From positions 1-64,000 of the forward strand of contig JBHJHA010000041.1 of NCBI GenBank assembly GCA_050331235.1: 64,000 nt of DNA, in the 5' to 3' direction. Numbering within the stretch: the stretch's first letter is position 1; each line of letters begins with the position of its first letter. The notes under the pieces are model-generated. The model had not been told where the DNA came from, did not search any database, and saw nothing but the letters and a program-made list of their open reading frames with translations. Positions 40,992 through 51,812 of the stretch are shown piece after piece. The DNA comes from Leptolyngbyaceae cyanobacterium (GTDB lineage: Bacteria; Cyanobacteriota; Cyanobacteriia; Phormidesmidales; Phormidesmidaceae). The translations under genes were made by a program, and so were the position numbers.

Positions 40992-41313
40992 TTAATCCGC
41001 AACCTCCAAATTAAGCTGATAGTCTAATGATGGTAACTTGTCCAGAAAAGTCGGCGGTCGTTTCAATCGTCAATCGATGGGGCTCATCCAAATCATCGGC
41101 ATTCAAAGATATGGTGTTGGTATGTCGTTGGGAAATCTTTAAAGCTTGTGCCGTAATCGCTTCATTGAGAAAGGTTTCGGACAAGACTGCGTCCAAAGTT
41201 TGCATCCAAGGACTTTGTTTGAGCACAGCAATATGGGCAGTTGTGGACGGCATTACAGTCAATTGCAACCCTAAAACGGCGCCTATGGCCCATAGCCATC
41301 GGTAATCTTCCAT
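40992..41313 (-). pseudogene. Probable internally deleted or frameshifted secreted hypothetical protein
   Basis: ORF with a signal peptide ends soon after ...FSGQVTI; a plausible C-terminus LDYQLNLEVAD* follows directly in another frame. Confidence 0.45.
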
Positions 41314-41354
41314 GTCTAACAGCCTCCTCAAAACCATTGAAAAGGCATGACTCA

Positions 41355-41393
41355 CAACCTCAGGCAACGGTTCCCGCTCGCTGCCTGAGGTTG
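41355..41393 (-). terminator. Stem-loop downstream of sufS
   Basis: CAACCTCAGGCA (41355-41366) / TGCCTGAGGTTG (41382-41393), a perfect 12-bp inverted repeat; no clear U-tract. Confidence 0.55.
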
Positions 41394-41417
41394 CTCAAGT
41401 ATTCCTAGTTAGGCTCC

Positions 41418-42695
41418 TTAATCGTCGTCAAAGATGCTAGCAAAAAAGTCAATGGTGTCTTGCAGCGCCGCGATAAATTTATCGACTTCTTCACGGGTGT
41501 TGTAAAAGTAAAGACTGGCTCGAGCCGTGGAGGGAACCCCTAGAATTCGGTGCAGGGGTTGTGTGCAGTGGTGTCCTGAGCGGACTGCAATACCTGACTG
41601 GTCTAGTAAGGTTGACAAATCTTGAGCATGGACTCCCTCTACGGTAAACGTTGCGAGGGCGGCGCGGCCAGAGCCATCGGCTTGCGGCTGCGGACCGTAA
41701 AGCTTGATATGGGGAATTCGATTGATCTGTTGATATAAATATGCGGTCAACTCATGCTCGTACTCAGCAATCTTATCCATCCCTACCGCATTGAGATAGT
41801 CGACGGCTGCGCCTAGGGCGATCGCTTCAGATATTGCTGGAGTACCAGCTTCAAACTTATGAGGTAGCTCCGCATAGGTGGAATGGTCTAAAAACACATC
41901 GGCAATCATCTCGCCACCACCAAGGAACGGAGGCATCGTCTTCAGCAGCTCCAGCTTGCCATAGAGAAAGCCAGCTCCGGTGGGACCGCACATTTTGTGC
42001 CCTGAGGCCACAAGCCAGTCACAGCCTAACGCTTGCACATCTAAGGGCATATGGGGAGTACTCTGGCAGGCATCAACCAGGACTTTAGCACCGTAACGAT
42101 TGGCCAATGCCACGATTTCTTCAATGGGATTGATAAAGCCGAGGGTATTGGAAACGTGATTGAGGGTAATGAGTTTAGTCTTATCCGAGAGGTGCGATCG
42201 CAACTCATCCATATCTAACTCATTGGTATCCGTCAGTCCAACATACTTCAGGACAGCTCCGGTACGCTGGCAAACAAACTGCCAAGGTACTAAATTGCTG
42301 TGATGCTCCGCAACGGACAGGATAATTTCATCGCCCGCTTGCAAAGTGGTCATCCCCCAAGTGTAAGCCACGAGGTTGATGGCCTCGCTAGCGTTGCGGG
42401 TAAACACAATTTCATCCCGAGAAGCTGCGTTGATAAAAGCTGCAATTTTGTCTCTGGCCGCTTCGTAAGCATCTGTGGCTCGGGCGCTGAGGGCATGAAC
42501 ACCCCGATGCACATTGGCATTATCTCCCTCGTAGTAGTGCTTGATAACGTCCAATACCTGTTTGGGCTTTTGAGACGTAGCAGCGTTGTCGAAGTACACC
42601 AGAGGATGACCGTTCACTTCTTGATGAAGAATCGGAAAATCGTCGCGAACTTTAGCAGCGAGGGTGAGTTCTTGAGCCAGGGTCATAGGAACCAT
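41418..42695 (-). CDS. sufS: Cysteine desulfurase SufS
   Basis: [26 protein letters not shown] (PLP lysine), [10 protein letters not shown]. Confidence 0.97.
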   Translation of the reverse strand: MVPMTLAQELTLAAKVRDDFPILHQEVNGHPLVYFDNAATSQKPKQVLDVIKHYYEGDNANVHRGVHALSARATDAYEAARDKIAAFINAASRDEIVFTRNASEAINLVAYTWGMTTLQAGDEIILSVAEHHSNLVPWQFVCQRTGAVLKYVGLTDTNELDMDELRSHLSDKTKLITLNHVSNTLGFINPIEEIVALANRYGAKVLVDACQSTPHMPLDVQALGCDWLVASGHKMCGPTGAGFLYGKLELLKTMPPFLGGGEMIADVFLDHSTYAELPHKFEAGTPAISEAIALGAAVDYLNAVGMDKIAEYEHELTAYLYQQINRIPHIKLYGPQPQADGSGRAALATFTVEGVHAQDLSTLLDQSGIAVRSGHHCTQPLHRILGVPSTARASLYFYNTREEVDKFIAALQDTIDFFASIFDDD

Positions 42696-42717
42696 TCAAA
42701 CGGTGAGCAACCTATCT

Positions 42718-44070
42718 TTAGGGTAACGACTGCGATCGCTCAGTCACAGTGGTGATGAGCGTCTGTCGTAGGGAGGAAACCGGAATGCGATCAATAATGT
42801 CCATCGCAAAACCATAAATCAATAGACGCTGGGCAGCAGCGGCGCTGATACCGCGACTTTGGAGATAAAAAACCTCGTGGGCATTGAGCTGACTCACCGT
42901 TGCCCCATGGGCACATTTAACATTGTCAGCGACGATATCCAGCTCTGGCTTAGTATCAATGCGCGCTTGATCGGACAACAGGAGGTTGCGGTTGAGCTGG
43001 CTAGCATTAGTCATCTGGGCCGCACGGGGCACCCAAACCTTCCCGTTAAACACTGCATGGGCCTTGTCGTCTACAATGGTTTTATGGAGCTGATCGGCAG
43101 TCCCGTGGGGATGCTGAGTCGCAATCAGACTATGGGTATCAGCTAACTGAGATTGAGCGATCGCCGATAGCCCATACAGATTTGTATCAGTTTGAGGCCC
43201 CGTCTGATACACCTCAAGATTATGCCGCGAAATCTGAGCCCCGAGATTGACCGCCACATGGGTATATTGGCTATCCCGCCCCTGAGTTACAGCAGTTTTA
43301 CCCACGTGAATATTATTGCTCCCCTCCCGTTGCAGACGAACATGGGTGACGTGGGTGGCTGCATCAGCGTAAATTTCAGTCACGCTGTTGGTGAAGTGCC
43401 GATAATCGTGACTGCCGATAAAGTCTTCAACGATTGTCAGGGCGCTGCCTGTTTCGGCCACCACCAAACAGCGAGGATGCGTCATCACAGGTTGAGCTTG
43501 GCCGATAGTCAGAGACACAATTTGAATAGGCGCTTCTATAGCCTGATTGCGGGGCAACCACACGACTGCAGCATCGGCAAAACCAGCAGTGTTGAGTGCC
43601 GTAAACGGTTCGTGGCCACCCTTTGCTTTGGCTAGACGCGCCATAAGCTGTGGGGCGATCGCCCCAGACAGCAGCGTCAGCAGATTGCCTATCACGACTC
43701 CTGGTGGTAACTGATCGACAGCAGACAGATTCTCGTCGTACCGACCGTTGACCAACACGATGCGGGCGATCGCTTCTGGCAGTTCCACAGTTTGGAGCAC
43801 GCCTGGGTCAAGCTCAGTTGGCGCCAAGCTGGCTTGAAAAGGCACCGCAACCATTGAACTCAAGTCGGTAAAGCGCCAGTCCTCATCACGAGTCGAGGGA
43901 AACGTCTGTTCCTTGACAATGGCAGCCGCTTGAGCGCGGAGATTATGCAACGCGACATGTTCAGGCGCAGCCGTCCGCACCGTTTCTAGCAGGCTAAGCA
44001 AATACGCCTCACGTCGTTCGCGCTGACTGATAGGGGGGGCAACATCAGATTCAGAAACTTGACTGGCCAT
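42718..44070 (-). CDS. sufD: Fe-S cluster assembly protein SufD
   Basis: EDWRFTDL, FTALN, KPELDIVADNVKCAHGAT, FYLQSRGI; start overlaps the sufC stop (TAATG). Confidence 0.96.
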   Translation of the reverse strand: MASQVSESDVAPPISQRERREAYLLSLLETVRTAAPEHVALHNLRAQAAAIVKEQTFPSTRDEDWRFTDLSSMVAVPFQASLAPTELDPGVLQTVELPEAIARIVLVNGRYDENLSAVDQLPPGVVIGNLLTLLSGAIAPQLMARLAKAKGGHEPFTALNTAGFADAAVVWLPRNQAIEAPIQIVSLTIGQAQPVMTHPRCLVVAETGSALTIVEDFIGSHDYRHFTNSVTEIYADAATHVTHVRLQREGSNNIHVGKTAVTQGRDSQYTHVAVNLGAQISRHNLEVYQTGPQTDTNLYGLSAIAQSQLADTHSLIATQHPHGTADQLHKTIVDDKAHAVFNGKVWVPRAAQMTNASQLNRNLLLSDQARIDTKPELDIVADNVKCAHGATVSQLNAHEVFYLQSRGISAAAAQRLLIYGFAMDIIDRIPVSSLRQTLITTVTERSQSLP

Positions 44071-44858
44071 TATGCCACGACCTCCGCTTGATGCTCCGCC
44101 AAAATATCTTCGTAGCCTTCCGCCTCTAGGCGTTCGGCCAGTTCCTTGCCGCCAGTGGTGATGATGCGACCGTCGGCCATGACATGCACGTAATCCGGCA
44201 CGATATAGTTCAGCAAGCGCTGGTAGTGGGTAATCATCACGACGGCATTGTTAGGTCCAGCAAGCTGATTCACACCGCCAGCCACCGTTTTGAGGGCATC
44301 GATATCCAGCCCCGAATCGGTCTCATCTAGGATCGCCAGGGACGGCTCTAGCAAAGCCATCTGCAAAATTTCGTTGCGCTTTTTTTCCCCGCCCGAAAAG
44401 CCTTCATTCACACTGCGGTCTAAAAATGCAGCATCCATCTTAACGACCTCTAGCTTCTCTTCAATGAGGTCATCGAAGTCAAAGACATCTAGCTCATCTT
44501 CGCCTTGGGATTTGCGATGGGCATTGTAAGCCACTCGCAAAAAATCGCGGTTGCTCACCCCTGGAATCTCTAAAGGATATTGAAAGGCCAGAAAAATGCC
44601 CGCAGTGGCGCGATCGTGGGGTTCAAACTCAGCCATATCTTGACCCCTGAAGCGAATTTCGCCACCGGTCATAGTGTAGTCAGGATGGCCCGCTAAAACC
44701 TTGGAGAAAGTGCTTTTTCCGGATCCATTCAAGCCCATGATGGCATGAATTTCACCGGCCTTGACCTCTAGGTTGACGCCCTTGAGAATCGGCGTATCAA
44801 CCACGGTGGCATGCAAATCACTCACGGACAAAATCACTTCACTGTTTTCACTAATCAT
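44070..44858 (-). CDS. sufC: Fe-S cluster assembly ATPase SufC
   Basis: [43 protein letters not shown]. Confidence 0.98.
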   Translation of the reverse strand: MISENSEVILSVSDLHATVVDTPILKGVNLEVKAGEIHAIMGLNGSGKSTFSKVLAGHPDYTMTGGEIRFRGQDMAEFEPHDRATAGIFLAFQYPLEIPGVSNRDFLRVAYNAHRKSQGEDELDVFDFDDLIEEKLEVVKMDAAFLDRSVNEGFSGGEKKRNEILQMALLEPSLAILDETDSGLDIDALKTVAGGVNQLAGPNNAVVMITHYQRLLNYIVPDYVHVMADGRIITTGGKELAERLEAEGYEDILAEHQAEVVA

Positions 44859-44990
44859 GGTTTTGGGTCACGCAATCCTAGGGACGTTAAATCATTGCTC
44901 GGGGGTGGCATACAGCTAGCCAGAGGCCTCATCGAAAAAGCGGCACATAGCAAGCGCTTAAACCGGCTGAGCTGTGTACATCCTCTCGCA

Positions 44991-46427
44991 TTAGCCGACG
45001 GTGTTTTCCAGCTTCAGAGCCATCAGTTTGTCAGCTTCGGCTGCAAATTCCATGGGCAGCTCGTTGAATACCTCACGGCAAAAGCCGCTGATAATCATGG
45101 ACACAGCATCTTCCTGAGCAATGCCTCGCTGGGCAAAGTAAAACAGTAGATCTTCGCCAATTTTGGAGGTCGAGGCTTCGTGCTCTACCTGTGCCGTACT
45201 GTTTTGCACCTGAATATAAGGATAGGTATTGGCATTCGACATCTCTCCAATCAGCATCGAATCACACTGAGAGTAGTTGCGCGCGCCCTCAGCTTTGGGG
45301 CCGACTTTGACCAAACCGCGATAGCTATTTTTTGAGTTGCCGGCAGAAATCCCCTTAGAGACGATAGTGCTCCGAGTATTTTTGCCTACATGAACCATTT
45401 TGGTCCCAGTGTCAGCTTGCTGCTGATTGTTGGTCAGCGCCACGGAATAGAATTCACCCACGGCGTTGTCACCTAGCAAAACACAGCTGGGATATTTCCA
45501 AGTGATGGCTGACCCTGTTTCCACCTGCGTCCAAGAGATCTTGGCATTTTTGTGGCAGATACCGCGCTTGGTCACAAAGTTGTAAATACCACCCTTGCCA
45601 TCCTTATCACCAGCAAACCAGTTCTGAACAGTGGAGTACTTAATTTCAGCATTATCAAGGGCCACCAACTCTACAACTGCGGCATGCAGCTGATTGCTGT
45701 CATACATAGGTGCCGTACAGCCCTCTAAATAGGTAACCGAGCTGCCTTCTTCCGCTACAATCAGTGTCCGCTCAAACTGGCCCGAGTCGCCATTATTGAT
45801 CCGAAAATACGTCGACAAGTCCATCGGACATTTCGTATTTTTGGGAATGTATACGAAAGAGCCATCACTAAATACGGCAGAGTTGAGCGCTGCAAAGTAG
45901 TTGTCGCCAACGGGCACTACGCTTCCCAGATACTTCTCCACGAGGTCTGGATATTCTTCGACGGCCTCAGAGATCGAGCAAAAAACAACGCCATCCTCTG
46001 CCAGCTTCTCCTTGTAGGTCGTGCCAATGGAGACGCTATCAAAAACAGCATCCACCGCCACATTGGCCAAGCGCTTTTGCTCTGACAGAGGCAGCCCCAA
46101 CTTTTCAAAAGTCTCTAGCAGAGCAGGATCAGCCTCATCTAAGCTCTTAAGCTTCTTTTTGTCTTGCTTGGGCGCCGAGTAGTAGATGATGTCTTGATAG
46201 TTAATGGCTGGATAACCCACATTGGGCCAAGTGGGCTCAGTCATCGTTAGCCACTTGCGATAGGCCTTGAGGCGAAACTCCAGCATAAATTCTGGCTCTT
46301 CTTTCTTGGCCGAAATCAACCGAATGGTGTCTTCACTGAGGCCACGGGGAATGGTATCGGCCTCAATCTCAGTGGTGAAGCCATATTTGTAGGGTTCGCT
46401 AACGAGTGACCGAACGGAGGTAGTCAT
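44991..46427 (-). CDS. sufB: Fe-S cluster assembly protein SufB
   Basis: [37 protein letters not shown]. Confidence 0.98.
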   Translation of the reverse strand: MTTSVRSLVSEPYKYGFTTEIEADTIPRGLSEDTIRLISAKKEEPEFMLEFRLKAYRKWLTMTEPTWPNVGYPAINYQDIIYYSAPKQDKKKLKSLDEADPALLETFEKLGLPLSEQKRLANVAVDAVFDSVSIGTTYKEKLAEDGVVFCSISEAVEEYPDLVEKYLGSVVPVGDNYFAALNSAVFSDGSFVYIPKNTKCPMDLSTYFRINNGDSGQFERTLIVAEEGSSVTYLEGCTAPMYDSNQLHAAVVELVALDNAEIKYSTVQNWFAGDKDGKGGIYNFVTKRGICHKNAKISWTQVETGSAITWKYPSCVLLGDNAVGEFYSVALTNNQQQADTGTKMVHVGKNTRSTIVSKGISAGNSKNSYRGLVKVGPKAEGARNYSQCDSMLIGEMSNANTYPYIQVQNSTAQVEHEASTSKIGEDLLFYFAQRGIAQEDAVSMIISGFCREVFNELPMEFAAEADKLMALKLENTVG

Positions 46428-46518
46428 AGATGTAGAGGGGGAAGGTACCAGCAGAGGGAAACAGCGTTGCGATCACCAATTTCAGCTGCATCAGGCGATC
46501 GCGAAATAGTCGATGGGC

Positions 46519-46881
46519 TTAATATTTATCAGTTTCCGAGCGAATCTCAGAAAAGGAAATCTCTTGCTGATCACCAGCGAAGGGATTGTCTTCCTTAAGA
46601 AACAACATACAGTGGCACTCATGACGCTCCTGCATGGGCACACAGGGGCAGTTCCAATAAGAAGCCTTGGCTTCGGCTTCCTTATCTTCGTAATGGCGAC
46701 AAGGACACAGGGGCGCACCCAAATCATCCTTATGCTTCGCCAATCCTTCCAAAACGACTGCAGTGACGCCCAGATCGGCACAAAAATAGGTGCCTGTACG
46801 CTTAGCATAGCTCTGCGCAAAGTTGCGCATCAGCTCCAGGTTCTTCTCAGTAGCTTGATTAGTCGTTGGAGTATTTTGCAT
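46519..46881 (-). CDS. ftrC: Ferredoxin-thioredoxin reductase catalytic chain
   Basis: LCPCRHY, WNCPCVPMQER and ECHCMLF (CPC/CPC/CHC motifs). Confidence 0.96.
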   Translation of the reverse strand: MQNTPTTNQATEKNLELMRNFAQSYAKRTGTYFCADLGVTAVVLEGLAKHKDDLGAPLCPCRHYEDKEAEAKASYWNCPCVPMQERHECHCMLFLKEDNPFAGDQQEISFSEIRSETDKY

Positions 46882-46931
46882 CGGACTTTCTAAATGGGTG
46901 GCGTCTTGACTGTTCAATCTTATAATTAAAA

Positions 46932-47020
46932 CAACCTACAAGTTGTGTAAGTTGCCCAACATATTTTCTAAGATACTTTAGCAACATTTGTGTTGTCAAA
47001 GTAAAACAACCAATATGTTG
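46932..47020. promoter_or_regulatory. Three SufR operator boxes (CAAC-N6-GTTG)
   Basis: CAACCTACAAGTTG (46932-46945), CAACATTTGTGTTG (46982-46995) and CAACCAATATGTTG (47007-47020), between divergent ftrC-sufB and sufR. Confidence 0.85.
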
Positions 47021-47183
47021 CTAAAGTGGCAGGCAAACTGCCATTCTGAGGATGATTCTGATCTCGATATCCTGGAAACCAGTTGGCGATCGCATAGCTT
47101 GCTGTTCCCAAACCTGCGGAATCGAGCCTCTATCAGGAATCTATGCATCGCCTGTCTATCAGCGTTGAAACGGTTTTAGGCCC

Positions 47184-47843
47184 ATGACTTCTCTCCAGCC
47201 AGCCTCGACCAAAGACGATATCTTGCAATATCTGCTCAAAGAAGGAGAAGCCAGTGCCCAAGCCTTGGCCGAATCGTCGGGGGTCAGTGCCCAGGCCATT
47301 CGCCGGCATCTAAAAGACCTAATGACAGAAGCCTTGATTGAGCAGCGGGCGGTGCAATCTGGCATGGGGCGACCCAACTACCTTTACCAACTGAGTCGCA
47401 AGGGACGAGATCGCTTCCCTGCCCAGTACGACGAATTTGCGATTTCCCTACTTGACACTCTGGCAGAGACCGTTGGCAAAGACCAAGTGCGGACCATCCT
47501 ACAAAAGCAATGGGAGCGTAAAGCCATCGAATATCGTGCCAAGTTGGGGAATGGTCCGATTGCGGAACAAGTAGATCGGTTAGTCAGGCTGCGCAAGGCC
47601 GAGGGCTACATGGCCGAATGGCATGAAGTTGAGCCTAACAGTGAACGGTGCACGTCTAGTCCGTGTTACATCATCACTGAGTACAACTGCGCCATTTCTC
47701 ATATTGCTGAAAATTTTCCCAGCGTCTGCGGACATGAGCTAGAAATGTTCCAAATGGCGCTGCCCGACTGCTCCGTGCAGCGCACCCACTGGCTAGTGGA
47801 AGGTGAGCACCGCTGCGGCTACCTAGTTCAGGCGCAACTGTAA
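47184..47843 (+). CDS. sufR: Fe-S cluster biosynthesis transcriptional repressor SufR
   Basis: N-terminal HTH (STKDDILQYLLK...QAIRRHLKDL...GRP); C-terminal Cys ligands NCAI...VCGHELE...HRCGY. Confidence 0.96.
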   Translation: MTSLQPASTKDDILQYLLKEGEASAQALAESSGVSAQAIRRHLKDLMTEALIEQRAVQSGMGRPNYLYQLSRKGRDRFPAQYDEFAISLLDTLAETVGKDQVRTILQKQWERKAIEYRAKLGNGPIAEQVDRLVRLRKAEGYMAEWHEVEPNSERCTSSPCYIITEYNCAISHIAENFPSVCGHELEMFQMALPDCSVQRTHWLVEGEHRCGYLVQAQL

Positions 47844-47883
47844 GAACCGTCAGATATGTGGCAAAAGTCACTAGCGCACAGAA

Positions 47884-47910
47884 CGTCGAAGGAACTGACT
47901 TCCTTCGACG
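47884..47910. terminator. Stem-loop between convergent sufR and the RTX gene
   Basis: CGTCGAAGGAA-CTGAC-TTCCTTCGACG, a perfect 11-bp stem. Confidence 0.6.
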
Positions 47911-48011
47911 CCTGTTAGAGCGAATTGAAAGCCAAGCTGTAAAAGCTATGTGGCAATCAGCCTGACATTCCTTATCGTCGCGAATACAGACTCACCGCCC
48001 CTCGGCAACTC

Positions 48012-49307
48012 CTACAAAATAAAGTCGTGGGCAGCCAAGGGCGTAAAGTTCTCTGTATGGACATTGATGATCATATCGGGGTTGGTATCGGCGGACGCTC
48101 CCCCTAAGTTGACCATCACCACCGATTGAGTCTGAAAGACTCCAGAAGAACCCACCTGAACGACTCGAACCTCTCCCAGAGAGTCTCCGGAGAACTCATC
48201 ATTACCAATGAACCGGAAGGCTTGATCGCCAGGGGTATTGGGATCCGAATCAATAGCAGACAGATCAATCTTGTCGCCATCATCAGTAGCTTGGCGCGAC
48301 TGAAACGCATCAGCCTGCACGGTCTGATCGTAAATGGGATCTACAGTGACCCATACATTTCCTGTGGGGTGGGTTCGGATGGTTGTCGTTACCATCCCAA
48401 TTTGGTCTTGGTTACCAGCTCCGGGCCGACTTTGGTTGACGCTGGTGTAAACGTAGCGATCGTTGCCCTCATAGCCAAATAGAAAATCTTGTCCTGCACC
48501 ACCGACCAGGGTGTCGTTCCCTGCATGACCAATGAGCAAGTCCTCATTTAGTCCGCCTTCAAGGGAGTCATTCCCCGTGCCACCAAGCAGGATATCCTGG
48601 CCCTCAAAGCCTTTCAGAACATCATTACCGTCATCGACATTCGCATCGTGGTAGGTATTGGCGAAACCACTCAGCGTGTTGCTCTGTTCGTTGCCGTAAA
48701 TCACGTTACCCAGCAAGTTGCCCTGACCTACATAACCTGCAGCATCTTTGAGGTGTAATATCTCAATGTTTTCAAAACCAGCTGTCCCCAGGCTGAAATT
48801 ACCCCAGTAGGCATGTACCGTGTCAAAGCCTTGCCCTACTCCCTCGTTGACGGTATCAACCGCTCTCACATCAATGATGTAAGTGTCATTACCAGATCCA
48901 CCACTCAGGATGTCGATTCCATTACCACCATCGAGCCAGTCGTTGTTGGCACCACCGTTAAGAATGTCGACACCAGCGCCGCCCTTCAGCGTATCGTTGC
49001 CATTATCACCAAAGAGACTATCGCCAGCGCCGCCGCCTTGGAGCAAATCATTATCGTCCCCTCCCTGCAAGAGGTCGCTATGGTTACCGCCGTTCAGCGT
49101 GTCGTTGCCATCACCGCCGCGTAGGGTGTCTTCGCCGTTACCGCCGTACAGGGTGTCGTTGTCGATGCTGCCATTGAGCGCGTCATCACCAGCCAGACCA
49201 AAGATTGTATCGTTGCCAGCGAAACCGTCTATGGTGTCGCCGAGACCAGTCCCAAAAATGGTTTGGTTGGCAATGTTTCCGGGGGCTTTAACAGGGCTGA
49301 AGCTCAT
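48012..49307 (-). CDS. Hemolysin-type (RTX) calcium-binding repeat protein
   Basis: Many GGxGxDxLx nonapeptides; serralysin-like C-terminus DKIDLSAID...GDQAFRFIG...DFIL. ATG at 49307 follows AGGA. Confidence 0.9.
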   Translation of the reverse strand: MSFSPVKAPGNIANQTIFGTGLGDTIDGFAGNDTIFGLAGDDALNGSIDNDTLYGGNGEDTLRGGDGNDTLNGGNHSDLLQGGDDNDLLQGGGAGDSLFGDNGNDTLKGGAGVDILNGGANNDWLDGGNGIDILSGGSGNDTYIIDVRAVDTVNEGVGQGFDTVHAYWGNFSLGTAGFENIEILHLKDAAGYVGQGNLLGNVIYGNEQSNTLSGFANTYHDANVDDGNDVLKGFEGQDILLGGTGNDSLEGGLNEDLLIGHAGNDTLVGGAGQDFLFGYEGNDRYVYTSVNQSRPGAGNQDQIGMVTTTIRTHPTGNVWVTVDPIYDQTVQADAFQSRQATDDGDKIDLSAIDSDPNTPGDQAFRFIGNDEFSGDSLGEVRVVQVGSSGVFQTQSVVMVNLGGASADTNPDMIINVHTENFTPLAAHDFIL

Positions 49308-49613
49308 GGTTGATTCCTTGTGAATATCTTCAATCGGCAGCGATCGCGTGCTGCTAAAGTTGAACACAGGACAAAATTCGAGCGCTACAGAATATTCTCT
49401 GGCAGTAAATTGCATAGTTGAGTTTGGAAAATTGCAGACTTTGAGAATCGGTGCGGAATCATGTTGTTTTCTGCCAAGGTGCCGAGGGATGTTTGTTGTA
49501 AGCGGCGAATCTTGGGGATAGATTGCCGCGATCGCCCTACTCGACACCTCGCTAGTTTGGGGATCTTGCGCAAAGATTAAAGGGTCATTCCCGCGTCATG
49601 CTCCAGGTTTCCT

Positions 49614-50534
49614 TTGCCTCAGTTACCAGTCATTTATCACCCTGACTACGTAGCACCGCTACCTGCAAATCATCGGTTCCCGATGCCAAAGTTTGGTCTG
49701 CTGAAAAATTTGTTAGTACAGGATGCCGTGGTTGCCGTTGAGCGAATTTATCAACCGGGCGCACCGCCACAGCATTGGATTGAGCAGGTTCACACAACTG
49801 ACTATGTGCGGGCTTACTGCACCGGCACCTTAGACGCTAAAGCTCAGCGCCGCATTGGCTTGCCCTGGAGTCCGAATTTGGTGAAACGTACTTGTACGGC
49901 AGTAGGGGGTACCATTCTCACGGCGAAGCTGGCACTGAGTCATGGCCTGGCTTGCAACACGGCAGGCGGTACTCACCATGCATTTCCCAGCTACGGATCA
50001 GGATTTTGCATCTTCAACGATTTGGCGATCGCGGCCCGCACCCTTCTGACCCAAAACTGCGTACGACGGATTCTGATTTTTGACCTAGACGTGCATCAAG
50101 GGGACGGCACTGCGTGGATTTTTCGCGATGAGCCGCGCGTCTTTACCTTTTCGATGCACTGCGACGTCAACTTTCCTCGCCAAAAGCAATCGAGCGATCT
50201 AGATGTACCGCTGGCCGAAGGTATGGGCGACGCCGACTATCTCTCTAAAGTGCACACTTATTTGCCGATGATGCTCAGTCAGGTGCGACCAGATCTGGTG
50301 CTCTACGACGCCGGGGCCGATGTGCACAAAGGCGATCGCCTCGGGAAGCTCGCCCTGACCAATACCGGATTGTATGAACGCGATCGTCACGTGCTGGCGA
50401 CCTGTGTGGCGGCGGGCTATCCGGTGGCCTGCGTCATCGGCGGTGGCTACGACAAAAACATGCCAGACCTAGTCTATCGGCATTCACTGCTGCATCGTGC
50501 TGCCGCCGAGGTCTATCGGCAATATCGTTTGTAG
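49614..50534 (+). CDS. Histone deacetylase family protein
   Basis: HRFPMPKF, GGTHHA, GFCIFND, DLDVHQGDGT, GGGY. Confidence 0.95.
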   Translation: MPQLPVIYHPDYVAPLPANHRFPMPKFGLLKNLLVQDAVVAVERIYQPGAPPQHWIEQVHTTDYVRAYCTGTLDAKAQRRIGLPWSPNLVKRTCTAVGGTILTAKLALSHGLACNTAGGTHHAFPSYGSGFCIFNDLAIAARTLLTQNCVRRILIFDLDVHQGDGTAWIFRDEPRVFTFSMHCDVNFPRQKQSSDLDVPLAEGMGDADYLSKVHTYLPMMLSQVRPDLVLYDAGADVHKGDRLGKLALTNTGLYERDRHVLATCVAAGYPVACVIGGGYDKNMPDLVYRHSLLHRAAAEVYRQYRL

Positions 50535-50583
50535 AATAGAGAGTACTAAATTTAGCCGATTGTGTGCCCGCCCAACCCTTGCC

Positions 50584-51474
50584 ATGACTGTCGTTGTCGA
50601 CACCTTTTATAAGTTTGTGTCCCTTGAAGATTGCGAGAAGTTGCAGCGATCGCTCCAAACCCGCTGCGAAGACTTGGCCATCCAGGGCACGATTTTGCTA
50701 GCGTCGGAGGGCATCAACGCCACCGTTTCGGGTGCGGAAGCAGCTATTACCCAACTACTGGATGAGCTGCGATCGGACGCGCGCTTTGCCGACCTCACTG
50801 CCAAGTTTTCCACGGCGCAGGAGCATCCCTTTGGCCGCATGAAGGTGAAAAACAAACGGGAAATCGTCACTCTGGGGCAGCCCGACGCTGACCCCACTGT
50901 ACAAGTCGGGACCTACGTTTCTCCCGCTGAGTGGAATCGTGTCATCAGTGATCCCGACGTGGTGCTGGTGGATGCCCGCAACGATTACGAGGTGGGTATC
51001 GGCACCTTCAAGGGCGCGATGAATCCCCACACCGAGTCCTTTCGGGAATTGCCCGACTATCTCATCACCCAACTCGATCCCCAAAAACATCCTAAAGTCG
51101 CCATGTTCTGCACGGGCGGCATTCGCTGCGAAAAAGCGACGTCTTATTTACTCAAGCATGGCTTTCAGGAGGTCTATCACCTGCAGGGCGGCATTCTCAA
51201 ATATTTAGAAGAGGTGCCGGAGACCGAGAGCCTGTGGGAAGGGGAATGCTTCGTTTTTGATGAGCGAGTGGCCGTGCGCCACGGGTTGCAACCCGGCAGC
51301 CATGAGCTGTGCTATGCCTGCGGTAATCCTGTGAGTGAGCGCGATCGCGCCCATCCTCACTATGCACCGGGCATCTCCTGTCCCCATTGCTATGGGACAC
51401 TAACTCCGACAAAGCTCGCAAAACAAAAAATGCGGCTGCAACAGCACCATCAAAAGCGGGAAGCGTCTCAATAG
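50584..51474 (+). CDS. trhO: Rhodanese-domain tRNA U34 hydroxylase (UPF0176/TrhO)
   Basis: FYKF, EGINAT, DARNDYE, MFCTGGIRCEKA, LQGGILKY, GECFVFDERV. Confidence 0.9.
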   Translation: MTVVVDTFYKFVSLEDCEKLQRSLQTRCEDLAIQGTILLASEGINATVSGAEAAITQLLDELRSDARFADLTAKFSTAQEHPFGRMKVKNKREIVTLGQPDADPTVQVGTYVSPAEWNRVISDPDVVLVDARNDYEVGIGTFKGAMNPHTESFRELPDYLITQLDPQKHPKVAMFCTGGIRCEKATSYLLKHGFQEVYHLQGGILKYLEEVPETESLWEGECFVFDERVAVRHGLQPGSHELCYACGNPVSERDRAHPHYAPGISCPHCYGTLTPTKLAKQKMRLQQHHQKREASQ

Positions 51475-51812
51475 TCAGAGTGATTCTTCATATCGAGTTA
51501 TTCATTTTTCAGTCTGCTTCAATCAAGAGACGGCATCCCGTAATGGGTATTTGAAGCCCCAGCGGCAGTATGGCTCCTCGGTATAACCAGTGGCAGGAAG
51601 ATGCAGGGTGCAAAATACAAGGAAGATCTCACCACAGGCGAGCTAGCGATGGAAAACGCCCAAGCCTGACTACAGCTTGCCATCGCTCATCAGTTAGCGC
51701 TTTGCGAAGATCTGGTAAACGGGCCTAAGGCATCACTATAACTTTCCTGATTTCATCGATTATGGTGGGTTTAATTCTTTGGTAACTCGGCTGCTTTTAC
51801 ATCGCAGATGTC

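Noticed and set aside
48813..49323. Repetitive plus-strand ORFs (SLPxPP repeats)
   Set aside because: Antisense shadows of the RTX nonapeptide repeats; the 27-bp periodicity is coding and is not a CRISPR array.
51475..51812. Spacer between trhO and the DUF3365 gene with a 54-codon minus-strand ORF
   Set aside because: No recognisable protein or RNA features.
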